A program made the translations under genes and the position numbers. From NCBI GenBank assembly GCA_965223155.1, contig CBDCVR010000013.1:96001-160000 (forward strand): 64,000 nucleotides of DNA, given 5' to 3'. Source of the stretch: Candidatus Multivoradales bacterium. Its GTDB lineage: Bacteria > Acidobacteriota > Thermoanaerobaculia > Multivoradales > JAHEKO01. Below the pieces are notes generated by a model. It searched no databases, had not been told where the DNA came from, and was given only the letters and a program-made list of their open reading frames with translations. Shown one piece after another: positions 20,264 to 30,192 of this stretch; position 1 is the first letter of the stretch, and each line of letters starts with the position of its first letter.

Positions 20264-21325
20264 CTAGCCGGACGACGGCTGGGGCTCGCCCGGAGTCACG
20301 GGACCGGTACTGTCTCGCACGACGAGGGTTGGCTCCACGGTGACCCAGGCCGGCTCGCTCGCCTCCGTGGTGAGCCGGTCCAACAGGGTGCGCCCTGCGA
20401 TCTCGCCCATTTCGCGTAGAGGCTGGCGTACGGTCGTCAAGCCGGGGTTGTGGAAGGCGGCGCTTTGGATGTCGTCGAAGCCGACCACCGAGACGTCGCC
20501 AGGCACGCTCTTGCCGGAGTCCAGGAGCGCACGCATCGCCCCGATCGCCGAGATGTCATTGAAGGCAAACAGAGCGGTGAAGTCGTTGCCGCTTTCGACC
20601 AGCGAGCGGCCGGCGCGGTACCCCTCCTTGTAGAAGCCGCCGCCGTAGTCACTGCCGGCGATCTCGACCGTGAGCTCGGGCCGGATGCCGACGCCGAGCG
20701 TGTCGGCAACCTCGCGGATGGCGCGCCAGCGGTCTTCGGCGTCGGCGTTGTCCGGGGCGCCGCGGAAGACCGCTATGCGGCGATGGCCTAGCTCCAGGAG
20801 GTGTTCGAGAGCGAGGCGGGCGGCGCGGTCGTGGTCGATCACGACATTGGTAACGCCGGCAAGCTCGCGATGCCCGGAGACGACCACGGTCGGAAGCTCC
20901 GGAGGTTGCTCGAGCCGGGAGGCCAGGAGGATGTAGCCTTCCACCGAGCGGTCCCGGAGCACGGCCAGGTATTCCTCGAGTAGGTCCGGTTTCGAGCGGT
21001 GGCTGGCCAGGAGATAGAAATATCCCTCCTGGCTCAGATAGGCCTCGACGCCGCGCATGACCCCCGCGGCATAGCCCTCGCTGATCTCGGGAACCAGGAC
21101 ACCGATCGAGAAAGTGCGCTGGCTGCGCAGAGACCGGGCCAAGAGATTGGGTCGGTAGTTGAGCTCGCGGGCGGCCGCGAAGACGCGCTCCTGGGTCGCG
21201 GCGGGGATGGCGTTGGCCACCGGCGAGCGGTTGAGAACCAGCGAGACCGTGGCGGGCGACAGGCCGAGGTGCTCCGCGACATCCTTCAGGCGAACCGTCT
21301 TGCGCGAGCTTTGCGACTTGGCCAT
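20264..21325 (-). CDS. LacI-family transcriptional regulator
   Basis: LKDVAEHLGLSPATVSLVLN HTH, L.Y.PN..ARSL, FAFND..AIGA, VPGDVSVVGFDD, LTTVRQP. Confidence 0.96.
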   Translation of the reverse strand: MAKSQSSRKTVRLKDVAEHLGLSPATVSLVLNRSPVANAIPAATQERVFAAARELNYRPNLLARSLRSQRTFSIGVLVPEISEGYAAGVMRGVEAYLSQEGYFYLLASHRSKPDLLEEYLAVLRDRSVEGYILLASRLEQPPELPTVVVSGHRELAGVTNVVIDHDRAARLALEHLLELGHRRIAVFRGAPDNADAEDRWRAIREVADTLGVGIRPELTVEIAGSDYGGGFYKEGYRAGRSLVESGNDFTALFAFNDISAIGAMRALLDSGKSVPGDVSVVGFDDIQSAAFHNPGLTTVRQPLREMGEIAGRTLLDRLTTEASEPAWVTVEPTLVVRDSTGPVTPGEPQPSSG

Positions 21326-21391
21326 GGTGCCGGAAGTGTCCCACAGCGCCCGGGCCGCGTTCAACCGGACCAAGGCACGCGCGCCGAATCG

Positions 21392-21407
21392 ACTAAAACG
21401 AATTAGT
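21392..21407. promoter_or_regulatory. Putative LacI operator 1
   Basis: ACTAAAACGAATTAGT (ACTAA..CG..TTAGT) in the divergent lacI/TBDR intergenic region. Confidence 0.6.
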
Positions 21408-21420
21408 GCTTGTCATGAGC

Positions 21421-21450
21421 TTGACAGGGGCGTTCCGGCTGTGTCACGGT
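21421..21450 (+). promoter_or_regulatory. Putative sigma70 promoter for the TBDR operon
   Basis: Perfect TTGACA at 21421 between the two operators; the -10 candidate (TGtCACGGT) is weak. Confidence 0.4.
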
Positions 21451-21458
21451 TGGGCGTC

Positions 21459-21474
21459 GCTAAATCGTTTTAAC
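21459..21474. promoter_or_regulatory. Putative LacI operator 2
   Basis: GCTAAATCGTTTTAAC, CG-centred TAAA.CG.TTTA palindrome. Confidence 0.65.
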
Positions 21475-21514
21475 CTTTCGACCGGGAAGCTCCCGGGGGG
21501 AGGCAATTGAGAGA

Positions 21515-24500
21515 ATGAAGCGTTCGATCCTTGTTCTTTTGCTGGCGGCTGCGGTGTGTGTGCCCGCGCTGGCGCAAACCACCACGGGCAGCATCCGTGG
21601 GACCGTCACCGACCCGTCAGGCCAAGCCGTGGCCGAGGCCGGGGTTACCGTGCTGAACGGCGAGACCGGGCTGTCCCGGTCGACCGTCACCAACACCGCC
21701 GGCCGGTACGCCTTCTCCAACTTGCCGGTGGGCACGTATCTGGTCACCGTCGAGGTGGAGGGCTTCAAGACCGTGCTCCTCCAGAACATCGTCCTCAACG
21801 TGGCTGATGACCGGGAAGCCAACGCCCAGCTCGAGCTGGGTGAGCTGGCCGAGGAGATGACGGTCACGTCATCGTCTCTGGTGGTCGAGACCATCGGTGG
21901 AGAAGTCGCCGGTCTGATTACCGGCGAGCAGGTCCGCGAGCTGCCTCTGAATGGCAGGAACTTTCTGCAGCTGACCCAGCTCATGCCTGGTGTCAGCGCA
22001 CCGGACGGCTTCAATACGAAGAACAAGGGTCTGCTCACGGGCTCCGACCTGTCGGTGAGCGGTGGCGGAGTCACCGCTAATTTGTTCACCGTGGACGGCG
22101 CCAACAACAACGACGTCGGCTCCAACCGCACGGTTCTCGTGTATCCGTCGGTCGAGGCCATCGAAGAGTTCAAGATCCACCGGAATGCCTATGGTGCCGA
22201 GTTTGGTGGCGCCGGCGGCGCCCAGGTCAATCTGGTCACGCGCGGTGGCACGAACCAGCTCCAGGGTAGCGTCTTCTACTTCAAGCGCGACGATGCCTGG
22301 AACACGGCCAATCTGATCCTGCGGCGGGCGAACGCCGAAAAGGAGCCGCTGGATCGTGACGACTACGGCTACACGCTGGGCGGCGCGCTCAAGAAGGATC
22401 GCCTCCATTTCTTCCTGTCCCAGGAGTTCAACGACGAGGTCCGCGGTGTCGCCAGGAGCGCCCTGGTGCCGACCGCGGCCGAGAAACAGGGCGACTTCAG
22501 TCAGTCCGATCCCAATTGCAGTCCGACGCCGATCGATCCGCTCACCGGCCAGCCCTTCCCGGGCAACGTCATTCCGGCGGATCGCTTGAGCGAGGCCGGC
22601 CTCCTCTACATGCAGCTCTATCCGGATGCCAATACCAGTATTCCGGGCTCGTGCACCAACTGGGTCGAGGCGGTCGGCGTACCGATCGATTGGGACCAGA
22701 TCAATTTCCGTAGCGACTGGACGGTGACCGATTCGACCCGCGCCATGCTGCGCTACACCGAAGATGACTGGATCAACCCCGGCCCCAGCGCGGGTGGTGA
22801 GAACGGCCTCTGGGGCGATGATCCCTTCCCCGCCGCCGACTCGGCCTGGGCACAGCCCAGCGAGTCGCTGGTCGCCCAGCTCAATAGCGTCATCGGCTCG
22901 AGTGCGATCAACACCGTGACCTTCTCGATGTCCGGCAACGAGATCAACATCGCGCAGGCCGGAGACGTTGATCTCATCAACCGGCTCAACGCCGCGTTTC
23001 CTTCCTTCTTTCCCGCCAGCGGCAAGACCGCCGACAACCTCAGCCACCCCCTGTTCTGGGGCGGTGGCGGCTATCCCACCCTGTGGAGCATCTCGCCCTG
23101 GCAGAACGACATGGACATCACGATCCTGAAGGACGACTGGGAGCAGGTCTTCGGCAACCATGTGGTCAAGGCCGGTTTCCTCTACAGCGACAACTCGAAG
23201 CTCGAATGGGCGGCGGGTTCCTTCCAGGAGGCGCCTCTCCTCTGGGGCTCGTTCCCGGGCTCCGGCACCGGAGTGGGCGGCTGGGGTGCCAACACCGGCA
23301 ACACGGTCGCCGACTTCCTTCTAAAGGACATGTTCTTCGGGTTCTCCGAGCAGTCCTTCAACCCGGTTCCGGACATCCAGTGGGAAGACCAGGAATTCTA
23401 TGTGGCTGACAGCTGGAAGATCCGGCCCAACATGACCCTCGATTACGGCATCCGGTACTCCCGGTTCAAGGAGCCGTATCATGCCGATTCGACCGTCTAC
23501 ACGATGTTCGATCCGGCCACCTTCGATCCGGCGCTGGGCAACATGCCCTGCAACGGCATCGTTTTCGTGCCCGGCAACGATCCTTGCGCCGACATCGGCG
23601 GCGGCGGCACGCCGGGGCCGAACAAAGCCTTGATCAACAGCGATTCGGATAATTTCGCGCCCAGACTGGGCTTCGCGTGGGATCTCAACGGCGACGGCGA
23701 GAGCGTCGTCCGCGTTGGATTCGGGCAGTTCTTCCAGCGCGAACGAGTGAGTCCGCAGCTCGGTTTCCTGAACAACCCGGGCAACGGAGTGCAGTTCGCC
23801 GGCGGCATCCGAAGTCTGGACGGTGACATCCGGCCGGACTTTGTCGCCACCGGGGGCCTGCCCGCGGGTGGCTTCGATCCCAATGCCGATACCCCCTACA
23901 TGTTGCAGTACAACGTGAGCTGGGAGCGCCGCCTGGGCCGCGACTCGACCATCGAGGTCGGCTACGTCGCCAGCCGGGGCCGCCACCTGTTGCGCTCGAA
24001 CGACATCAATCAGGTGCCCACGGGTGATCCCAACGGCAACGGCATTCCGGACCGGCTCGAGCACGCTCGCTGTCCGGGTGGTGACGGTGGCGCGGGCTGT
24101 CGCTCGGCCTTCCGGCCCTTCGGAGTGTTCGGCGACCGCAACATCGCCTGGTGGACCACAGACGGCAAGTCGGACTACGACTCGATCCAGACGCAGTACA
24201 CCTTGCGGTACGGTCGCGGGTCGCAGGTCCAGACTTCCTACACGCTGTCGGACTTCAAGGCCGATCAGGACGTCGGTAACTCGTCCGGCGGACTCGGTGT
24301 CCAGTCGACGACCGATCTCGCCAACCCGAGCCTCGATTACGGGCCGGCGGCTCTGGATCGGGAGCACATCTTCAACGCCAGCGTGCTGCACAACCTGCCG
24401 AGCTTCGAGGGCGTGGGAGGCTTCAAGGAGCACTTCCTGGGCAACTGGTCCGTGGGTGGAATCGTGATCTACTCCTCGGGCGTGCCGTTGACGATCACCG

Positions 24501-24973
24501 CCGCCGATCCGGGTGGTCCGTTGCAGGGCGAGCCCCCGCACGGCACCGGTTTCGACGACAACTTCCGACCGATCCGGACGGGGGAGTCGTGTAGCGGTGC
24601 GGGTGGCGCGCAGTTTCTCAACCCGAATGCCTTCACCTTGACCGGGTACGTCCTAGGCGAAACCTCACAGATGGCTCGCCGCGGCGCCTGCACCGGGCCG
24701 GATTTCTTTCAGGTGGACTTTTCCCTGTACAAGAACATCCCGGTTCGGTCCGACCGCGTCAACATCCAGTTGCGCATCGAGGCCTTCAACATCTTCAACA
24801 CCAACAACTACACTGGTGTGGATACCAACTGGGGCGGCTCGGACGTGACCCTGGATGGGCCTCTCGAGAGCGCGACCACGATCACGGGCGCCAATCCCTC
24901 GCCGACCTTTGGGACGGCGTTCGGGGCTCGCGATCCCCGTCAGTTCCAGCTTGGTCTGAAGGTCTCCTTCTAG
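21515..24973 (+). CDS. TonB-dependent receptor, Oar-like, with carboxypeptidase-regulatory N-domain
   Basis: G.I.GTVTD.SG, LPLNGRNF.QL, EAIEEFKI, NFAPRLGFAW, C-terminal PRQFQLGLKVSF. Confidence 0.95.
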   Translation: MKRSILVLLLAAAVCVPALAQTTTGSIRGTVTDPSGQAVAEAGVTVLNGETGLSRSTVTNTAGRYAFSNLPVGTYLVTVEVEGFKTVLLQNIVLNVADDREANAQLELGELAEEMTVTSSSLVVETIGGEVAGLITGEQVRELPLNGRNFLQLTQLMPGVSAPDGFNTKNKGLLTGSDLSVSGGGVTANLFTVDGANNNDVGSNRTVLVYPSVEAIEEFKIHRNAYGAEFGGAGGAQVNLVTRGGTNQLQGSVFYFKRDDAWNTANLILRRANAEKEPLDRDDYGYTLGGALKKDRLHFFLSQEFNDEVRGVARSALVPTAAEKQGDFSQSDPNCSPTPIDPLTGQPFPGNVIPADRLSEAGLLYMQLYPDANTSIPGSCTNWVEAVGVPIDWDQINFRSDWTVTDSTRAMLRYTEDDWINPGPSAGGENGLWGDDPFPAADSAWAQPSESLVAQLNSVIGSSAINTVTFSMSGNEINIAQAGDVDLINRLNAAFPSFFPASGKTADNLSHPLFWGGGGYPTLWSISPWQNDMDITILKDDWEQVFGNHVVKAGFLYSDNSKLEWAAGSFQEAPLLWGSFPGSGTGVGGWGANTGNTVADFLLKDMFFGFSEQSFNPVPDIQWEDQEFYVADSWKIRPNMTLDYGIRYSRFKEPYHADSTVYTMFDPATFDPALGNMPCNGIVFVPGNDPCADIGGGGTPGPNKALINSDSDNFAPRLGFAWDLNGDGESVVRVGFGQFFQRERVSPQLGFLNNPGNGVQFAGGIRSLDGDIRPDFVATGGLPAGGFDPNADTPYMLQYNVSWERRLGRDSTIEVGYVASRGRHLLRSNDINQVPTGDPNGNGIPDRLEHARCPGGDGGAGCRSAFRPFGVFGDRNIAWWTTDGKSDYDSIQTQYTLRYGRGSQVQTSYTLSDFKADQDVGNSSGGLGVQSTTDLANPSLDYGPAALDREHIFNASVLHNLPSFEGVGGFKEHFLGNWSVGGIVIYSSGVPLTITAADPGGPLQGEPPHGTGFDDNFRPIRTGESCSGAGGAQFLNPNAFTLTGYVLGETSQMARRGACTGPDFFQVDFSLYKNIPVRSDRVNIQLRIEAFNIFNTNNYTGVDTNWGGSDVTLDGPLESATTITGANPSPTFGTAFGARDPRQFQLGLKVSF

Positions 24974-25008
24974 AGTCCCGGCTAGGCCGCGTTGTAGCGT
25001 TCACTTCA

Positions 25009-25050
25009 CAGGCTGCGGTCCCGGGCGGGATCGCAGCCTGCTTTCTTTTT
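25009..25050 (+). terminator. Intrinsic terminator after the TBDR gene
   Basis: CAGGCTGCGGTCCC-GGGC-GGGATCGCAGCCTG hairpin followed by CTTTCTTTTT. Confidence 0.75.
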
Positions 25051-25065
25051 GTGAGGACGACATTC

Positions 25066-27624
25066 ATGGCTGTTCCATTCGGAAAGATCGCCGCGCTCGC
25101 CGCGGTCGCGACCCTATCGATCGGCTGCGAGCCGGCGCCGCAAATGGCACCGGAGGCCGCGGTTTCTCCCAACACGCAGGCGGCCGAGGCTGGGGTAATC
25201 CACCCGGAGAGCTGGCCCGAGCTGACCTCCCCCGTGCCGATCGATGCGGAGATCGAAGACGCCATCACCGAGCTTCTGAGCTCGATGTCGGCCGCCGAGA
25301 AAGTCGGCCAGATCCTGCAACCCGAGATCAATAGCGTCACTCCCGAGGATGTCCGGAAGTACCGGCTGGGCTCGGTGCTGAATGGCGGCGGTGGCTGGCC
25401 CAATGCGACCAAGGCGTCAACGCCCGCCGACTGGCTGGCGCTGGCGGACGCCTTCTGGGAAGCTTCGATGGATGTCTCCGAGGGCGGGCACGCCATCCCG
25501 ATCGCGTGGGGTCTGGACGCCGTCCATGGCCACAACAACGTCATCGGCGCGACCCTGTTTCCGCACAATGTCGGCCTCGGGGCGATGAACAATCCGGAGC
25601 TGATGCGACGCATCGGCGAGGTCACGGCCGTCGAGGTCGCGATCACCGGGCAGGACTGGAACTTCGGCCCTACCGTGGCCGTGGCTCGTGACGATCGTTG
25701 GGGAAGGGCCTACGAGAGCTACTCTGAGGACCCGGCGATCGTGGCCGCCTACGCTCGCGCCATGGTCGAGGGCCTCCAGGGCGCGGCTGGCGCCGATGAG
25801 TTCCTAGACGGGCGCCATTTGATCGCCACGGTCAAGCACTTCCTCGGAGACGGCGGCACCGAAGGAGGCGTCGATCAGGGGGATACGACGGCGGCCGAGA
25901 GCGAGCTGCGAGACATCCACGGGGCCGGATATTTCAGCGCACTCGAGGCGGGAGTCCAGACCGTCATGGCCTCGTTCAGCAGTTGGCATGGCCGCAAGAT
26001 GCACGGCCACCGCGAGCTCTTGACCGACGTACTGAAGGGTCGGATGGGCTTTGACGGCTTCGTGGTGGGGGACTGGAACGGCCACGGCCAGGTGGCCGGC
26101 TGCACCAACCAGAGCTGTGCCGCGGCGATCAACGCCGGCGTCGACATGTTCATGGTGCCCAACGACTGGAAGGCGCTCTACGAGAATACGCTGGCGCAGG
26201 CCGAGTCCGGCCAGATTCCGTCCCAGCGTCTGGACGACGCGGTCCGGCGCATCCTGCGCGTCAAGATGCGGGCCGGTCTCTTTGCGATGGGCAAGCCGTC
26301 GAGCAGGCCGCTGGCAGGCCGCATGGAGCAGTTCGGCTCGGCCGAACACCGCGCCGTGGCCCGGCAGGCGGTCCGGGAGTCCCTGGTCTTGCTCAAGAAC
26401 TCCGGTGGCCTCTTGCCGCTCGCGCCCGGAGCAACCGTGCTGGTCGCCGGCGATGGCGCCGACGACATCGGCAAGCAGTCCGGGGGCTGGAGCATCACCT
26501 GGCAGGGTACCGGCAACACCAACGCCGAGTTTCCCGGGGCGACCTCGGTCTGGGAGGGTCTCCGGCAGGCGATCGACGGTGACGGCGGCCGGGCGGTCTT
26601 GAGCCCGGATGGCTCCTATGAGACCAAACCGGACGTTGCCGTGGTGGTGTACGGAGAGGATCCCTACGCCGAGTTTCAGGGAGATCGCGATTCGGTTGAC
26701 TTCCGGCCGACCGAACCCCTGGAGCTCTTGCGCCGCCTGCGCGCCGACGGCATTCCGACGGTGTCGGTCTTCTTGACCGGCCGCCCGCTCTGGGTCCACC
26801 CCGAGCTCAATGCATCGGACGCGTTTGTGACCGCCTGGCTTCCCGGTACTGAGGGAGGCGGCGTTGCGGACGTACTGATCGGTAACCGGGAAGGCTCCGT
26901 ACGGCACGATTTCGCCGGCCGGCTGTCCTTTTCTTGGCCCGCCTCTCCTGCGCAGGCGGTCCTCAACGTCGGAGACGATCCTTACGAGCCGCTGTTTCCG
27001 TTTGGCCACGGCTTGAGCTACTCGGATTCCGGGGAGCTGCCGACGCTGTCCGAGGACGCGGGCCAGGCCTCGATTGGAAGCCGCACGGTCTATTTCGATG
27101 GCGGCCCGGTCGAACCGTGGCGGCTCTACGTCGGAAACGCGACCGAGTGGCGGGTGCCCGCCGACGGGCCGGTCGTCGCCACCCGTGGCAGTGAAGACCT
27201 GGTGCTTCGGGTCGTGGATCGGCGGGTGCAGGGAGATGCTCGCGAAGCGCGCTGGACGGGGTCGGGTCGGGCCGCGGTCCATCTGCAGGCGAACGACGCG
27301 GTGGATCTTCGGCGGGAGGCGAACGGCGAGATGGCTCTCGCGTTCGACGTTCGCATCGAGGAGCTCGCCGGTGAGCCGGTGCGATTGGGGGTCGAGTGCG
27401 GCGACTCGTGCTCAGCCGTCGTGGACGTCACGGAGCTGCTGGCCGCGATCGACCCTGGCACTTGGCAGACCGTCTCGGTGAGGCTCCGGTGCTTCGAGGA
27501 CGCCGGCGCCAACCTGGCCGGCATCACGGCGCCCTTCGTGCTGTCCACCGAGGGCGGTGCGCTCTTGGGTTTGTCGGACATTCGGCTGGTGTCGGCTTCC
27601 GAGGAGGTCGCCTCCTGCCCGTAG
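25066..27624 (+). CDS. GH3 beta-glucosidase / exo-1,3/1,4-beta-glucanase with ExoP-like C-terminal domain, lipoprotein
   Basis: DAVHGH, RWGR.YES.SED, KHF.GDG, GFVVGDW (nucleophile), ESLVLLKN, YAEF.GD; SIGC lipobox. Confidence 0.93.
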   Translation: MAVPFGKIAALAAVATLSIGCEPAPQMAPEAAVSPNTQAAEAGVIHPESWPELTSPVPIDAEIEDAITELLSSMSAAEKVGQILQPEINSVTPEDVRKYRLGSVLNGGGGWPNATKASTPADWLALADAFWEASMDVSEGGHAIPIAWGLDAVHGHNNVIGATLFPHNVGLGAMNNPELMRRIGEVTAVEVAITGQDWNFGPTVAVARDDRWGRAYESYSEDPAIVAAYARAMVEGLQGAAGADEFLDGRHLIATVKHFLGDGGTEGGVDQGDTTAAESELRDIHGAGYFSALEAGVQTVMASFSSWHGRKMHGHRELLTDVLKGRMGFDGFVVGDWNGHGQVAGCTNQSCAAAINAGVDMFMVPNDWKALYENTLAQAESGQIPSQRLDDAVRRILRVKMRAGLFAMGKPSSRPLAGRMEQFGSAEHRAVARQAVRESLVLLKNSGGLLPLAPGATVLVAGDGADDIGKQSGGWSITWQGTGNTNAEFPGATSVWEGLRQAIDGDGGRAVLSPDGSYETKPDVAVVVYGEDPYAEFQGDRDSVDFRPTEPLELLRRLRADGIPTVSVFLTGRPLWVHPELNASDAFVTAWLPGTEGGGVADVLIGNREGSVRHDFAGRLSFSWPASPAQAVLNVGDDPYEPLFPFGHGLSYSDSGELPTLSEDAGQASIGSRTVYFDGGPVEPWRLYVGNATEWRVPADGPVVATRGSEDLVLRVVDRRVQGDAREARWTGSGRAAVHLQANDAVDLRREANGEMALAFDVRIEELAGEPVRLGVECGDSCSAVVDVTELLAAIDPGTWQTVSVRLRCFEDAGANLAGITAPFVLSTEGGALLGLSDIRLVSASEEVASCP

Positions 27625-27711
27625 GGCGACGGACGATTGCCGTGAGCTACCATCGATGGCCGGTGCTTCAGGACCGGATTGCTACAGGCCCGATGGGAGC
27701 AGAGGAGAAGA

Positions 27712-28779
27712 ATGGCCCGCAGCCGTGAAGATCCGTTGAACGTGGCCGAGGCGAGCCATGCGAGCAACGGTCACGAGGACGTCCTCGTCGGCGATATCGG
27801 CGGCACGCATGCCCGTTTCGGGATCGTGGACCAAGCCGGGCGGCTTGAAGCCGTGAAGATCTTCAACGCCGCGGACTATGCGACCTTGACCGCGGCGGCT
27901 AGCGAGTATCTGGGAGCCCTGGCGCGGCGGAACCGGCCGCGCAAGGGCGCGATCGCCGTGGCGAGCCCGGTCTTGAGCGACCGCGTACAGCTCACGAATC
28001 ATCCGTGGAGCTTTTCGGTGGAGGAGACCCGGTCGGCGCTCGAGCTCGAGACGCTCGAAGTCCTGAACGACTTCATCGCCTTGGCGCTGGCGCTGCCGGC
28101 CTTGAAGGAAGAGCACAGCCGCACCATCAAGCCCGGTCGGCGGCAAGCCACGGCACCCTTGGGTCTCCTCGGACCGGGCACCGGTCTCGGCGTTTCGGCA
28201 CTGATACCGGTTGCCCAGGGCTGGGTTGCACTGCCGGCCGAGGGCGGGCATCGGGACCTGGCGGCCTCGACCGAGCGGGAGTGGCGGATCGTGCGGTGCC
28301 TCCAGGAGCGCTTCGGACACGTTTCGGCCGAGAGGATTCTGTCCGGCCCCGGACTGCTCAATCTGTACCAGGCTATATGTCAGCTTGACGGACTTGTGCC
28401 GGAGGCCGAGGAACCCAAGGAGATCGAGGCGCGTGCCCTGGCGTCGGGCTGTCGAGCCTGCACCGAGGCGATCGCCATCTTCTCGCGTCAGCTAGGCGCG
28501 GTGGCCGGTGATCTGGCGTTGACCTTTGGGGCGCGGGGAGGGATCTTTCTGGGAGGAGGCGTGCTTCAGGGGATGGGCGACGCGTTTCAGGTCGGCCTGT
28601 TCTGTGAAGGGTTCCTGGACAAGGGCCGCTTCCGGAGCTATCTGGAACCGGTACCCGTGCGACTCGTGCTCAACCCGACCGCGGCTCTCGTGGGGGCCGC
28701 GCGGGCGCTGGAATATGAGTTCCCGGCTGGAGTTCGGGCACTTCCCCAAGACCTCTCGGCCGGCTCGCTGCCGCCCTGA
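27712..28779 (+). CDS. glk: Glucokinase
   Basis: GDIGGT.ARF, LTN..W, NDF.A.A, GPGTGLG, EGGH, SAE..LSGPGL, F..KGRF. Confidence 0.94.
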   Translation: MARSREDPLNVAEASHASNGHEDVLVGDIGGTHARFGIVDQAGRLEAVKIFNAADYATLTAAASEYLGALARRNRPRKGAIAVASPVLSDRVQLTNHPWSFSVEETRSALELETLEVLNDFIALALALPALKEEHSRTIKPGRRQATAPLGLLGPGTGLGVSALIPVAQGWVALPAEGGHRDLAASTEREWRIVRCLQERFGHVSAERILSGPGLLNLYQAICQLDGLVPEAEEPKEIEARALASGCRACTEAIAIFSRQLGAVAGDLALTFGARGGIFLGGGVLQGMGDAFQVGLFCEGFLDKGRFRSYLEPVPVRLVLNPTAALVGAARALEYEFPAGVRALPQDLSAGSLPP

Positions 28780-28918
28780 TCGCGCCTTGTAGGGGATTGA
28801 AGGGCCGCAAGATTCATGGTAATCTGGATACGATGAGTCGGACCGGCGCAATGTCCATTCCTCCCGTGGTTCGCCGGATCTGGCTGGGCTGGAGATTCAC
28901 AGGAGGCGCGGCGACGGG

Positions 28919-29752
28919 GTGACGGCGCGGAGGCTCGCCGCGCCTCCCAAGGCCGACTCCTCAAATGGGGGTACGGCGGCGGGATCGCGGGCTCAGGACG
29001 GCAAACTGCCGGTTGCATCGGGGTACGGCTTCGAGGGCGACCTCCGGCCCGAGAGTGCCGAACTCTCCCGGCTTCGAGCCGAGTTCGCCGCCTTCAGTCA
29101 CGCCATATCCCACGACCTGAGAGCACCATTGCGTAGCGCCCAAGGATTCAGCCGAGTTCTACTGGAGGACCATGCCGAGGACCTGGATGAGGAGGCCCGT
29201 GACTACTTGCGTCGGGTCTCGGATGCCACTTTGCGCATGGGCCACTTGATCGATGGGCTCTTGGTGTGGTCGCGGCTGGCGCGGCGGGCCTTCGAGCCCC
29301 TTCCGTTGGACTTGAGCGATTTGGCGTCGGCCGTGGCGGCGAAGGTCTTTGACCGCCATGAGGACCAGGTGGGTGTTTCGGTTGCGCCGGGCCTCGAGTG
29401 CACCGGGGACTGTTTCTTGCTGAAGACGCTTTTCGAGCAGGCTTTTGCCAACTCCTGGCAGAACCGAAGGGCCGGCACTCGGCTCGAAGTGCAGGTACGA
29501 GCGGCGCGGCGAGCCGACGACGGCGAGACCGTGGTCTGGATTCGAGACAATGGCCGCGGTTTCGGTTCCCATTTGCCGCAGCCCCCGTTTCGGCCCTTCT
29601 TTGCGTCCGGGTCCGGCAACCCTGACCGGCGGGGAGTAGGCCTAGCGATCGTGGGTTTGGTCGCTCGGCGGCACGGTGGGCGCGCCTGGGCCGAAGCCGA
29701 GGAGGACGGAGGCGCCAGGCTGTATTTTTCAATCCAGGGAGTTCCGCAATGA
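28919..29752 (+). CDS. Histidine kinase core (HisKA + HATPase) without sensor domain
   Basis: SHDLRAPLR H-box, IRDNGRGF, GVGLAIV...RHGG; N-box degenerate; start uncertain. Confidence 0.8.
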   Translation: MTARRLAAPPKADSSNGGTAAGSRAQDGKLPVASGYGFEGDLRPESAELSRLRAEFAAFSHAISHDLRAPLRSAQGFSRVLLEDHAEDLDEEARDYLRRVSDATLRMGHLIDGLLVWSRLARRAFEPLPLDLSDLASAVAAKVFDRHEDQVGVSVAPGLECTGDCFLLKTLFEQAFANSWQNRRAGTRLEVQVRAARRADDGETVVWIRDNGRGFGSHLPQPPFRPFFASGSGNPDRRGVGLAIVGLVARRHGGRAWAEAEEDGGARLYFSIQGVPQ

Positions 29753-30192
29753 GCCGTAACGAGGTGATCTTGCTGGTCGAAGACAATCCCGATGACGAGT
29801 TCCTGACCAAGCGGGCGTTACGTCGGGGACGGGTCGCGAACTCCATCCTGGTTGCTCGCGATGGTGAAGAGGCCCTTGACATGCTCTTGGGGCGCGGGCT
29901 GTGGGAAGGCAAACCGGTACGTCCGTCGGTGCTCCTACTGGATCTCAAGCTGCCCAAGATCGACGGCCTGGACGTTCTGCGACGAGTTCGCGCCGAGCCC
30001 TCGATCCACCGCATGCCCGTGGTCATTCTGACTTCGTCCCGTGAGGACGAAGACCTGCTGGCGAGCTACGACATCGGTGCCAACAGCTACGTGGTCAAGC
30101 CGGTCGACACCAAGCAGTTCGAAAGCGCCGTCAAGCAGCTGGGCCTCTACTGGATGGTCGTAAACGAGACTCCGATCGAGGACTCCGCATAG
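29749..30192 (+). CDS. Single-domain response regulator (Rcp1-like)
   Basis: LLVEDNPDD, LLDLKLPKIDG, ILTSS, GANSYVVKP, LGLYW. Confidence 0.93.
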   Translation: MSRNEVILLVEDNPDDEFLTKRALRRGRVANSILVARDGEEALDMLLGRGLWEGKPVRPSVLLLDLKLPKIDGLDVLRRVRAEPSIHRMPVVILTSSREDEDLLASYDIGANSYVVKPVDTKQFESAVKQLGLYWMVVNETPIEDSA

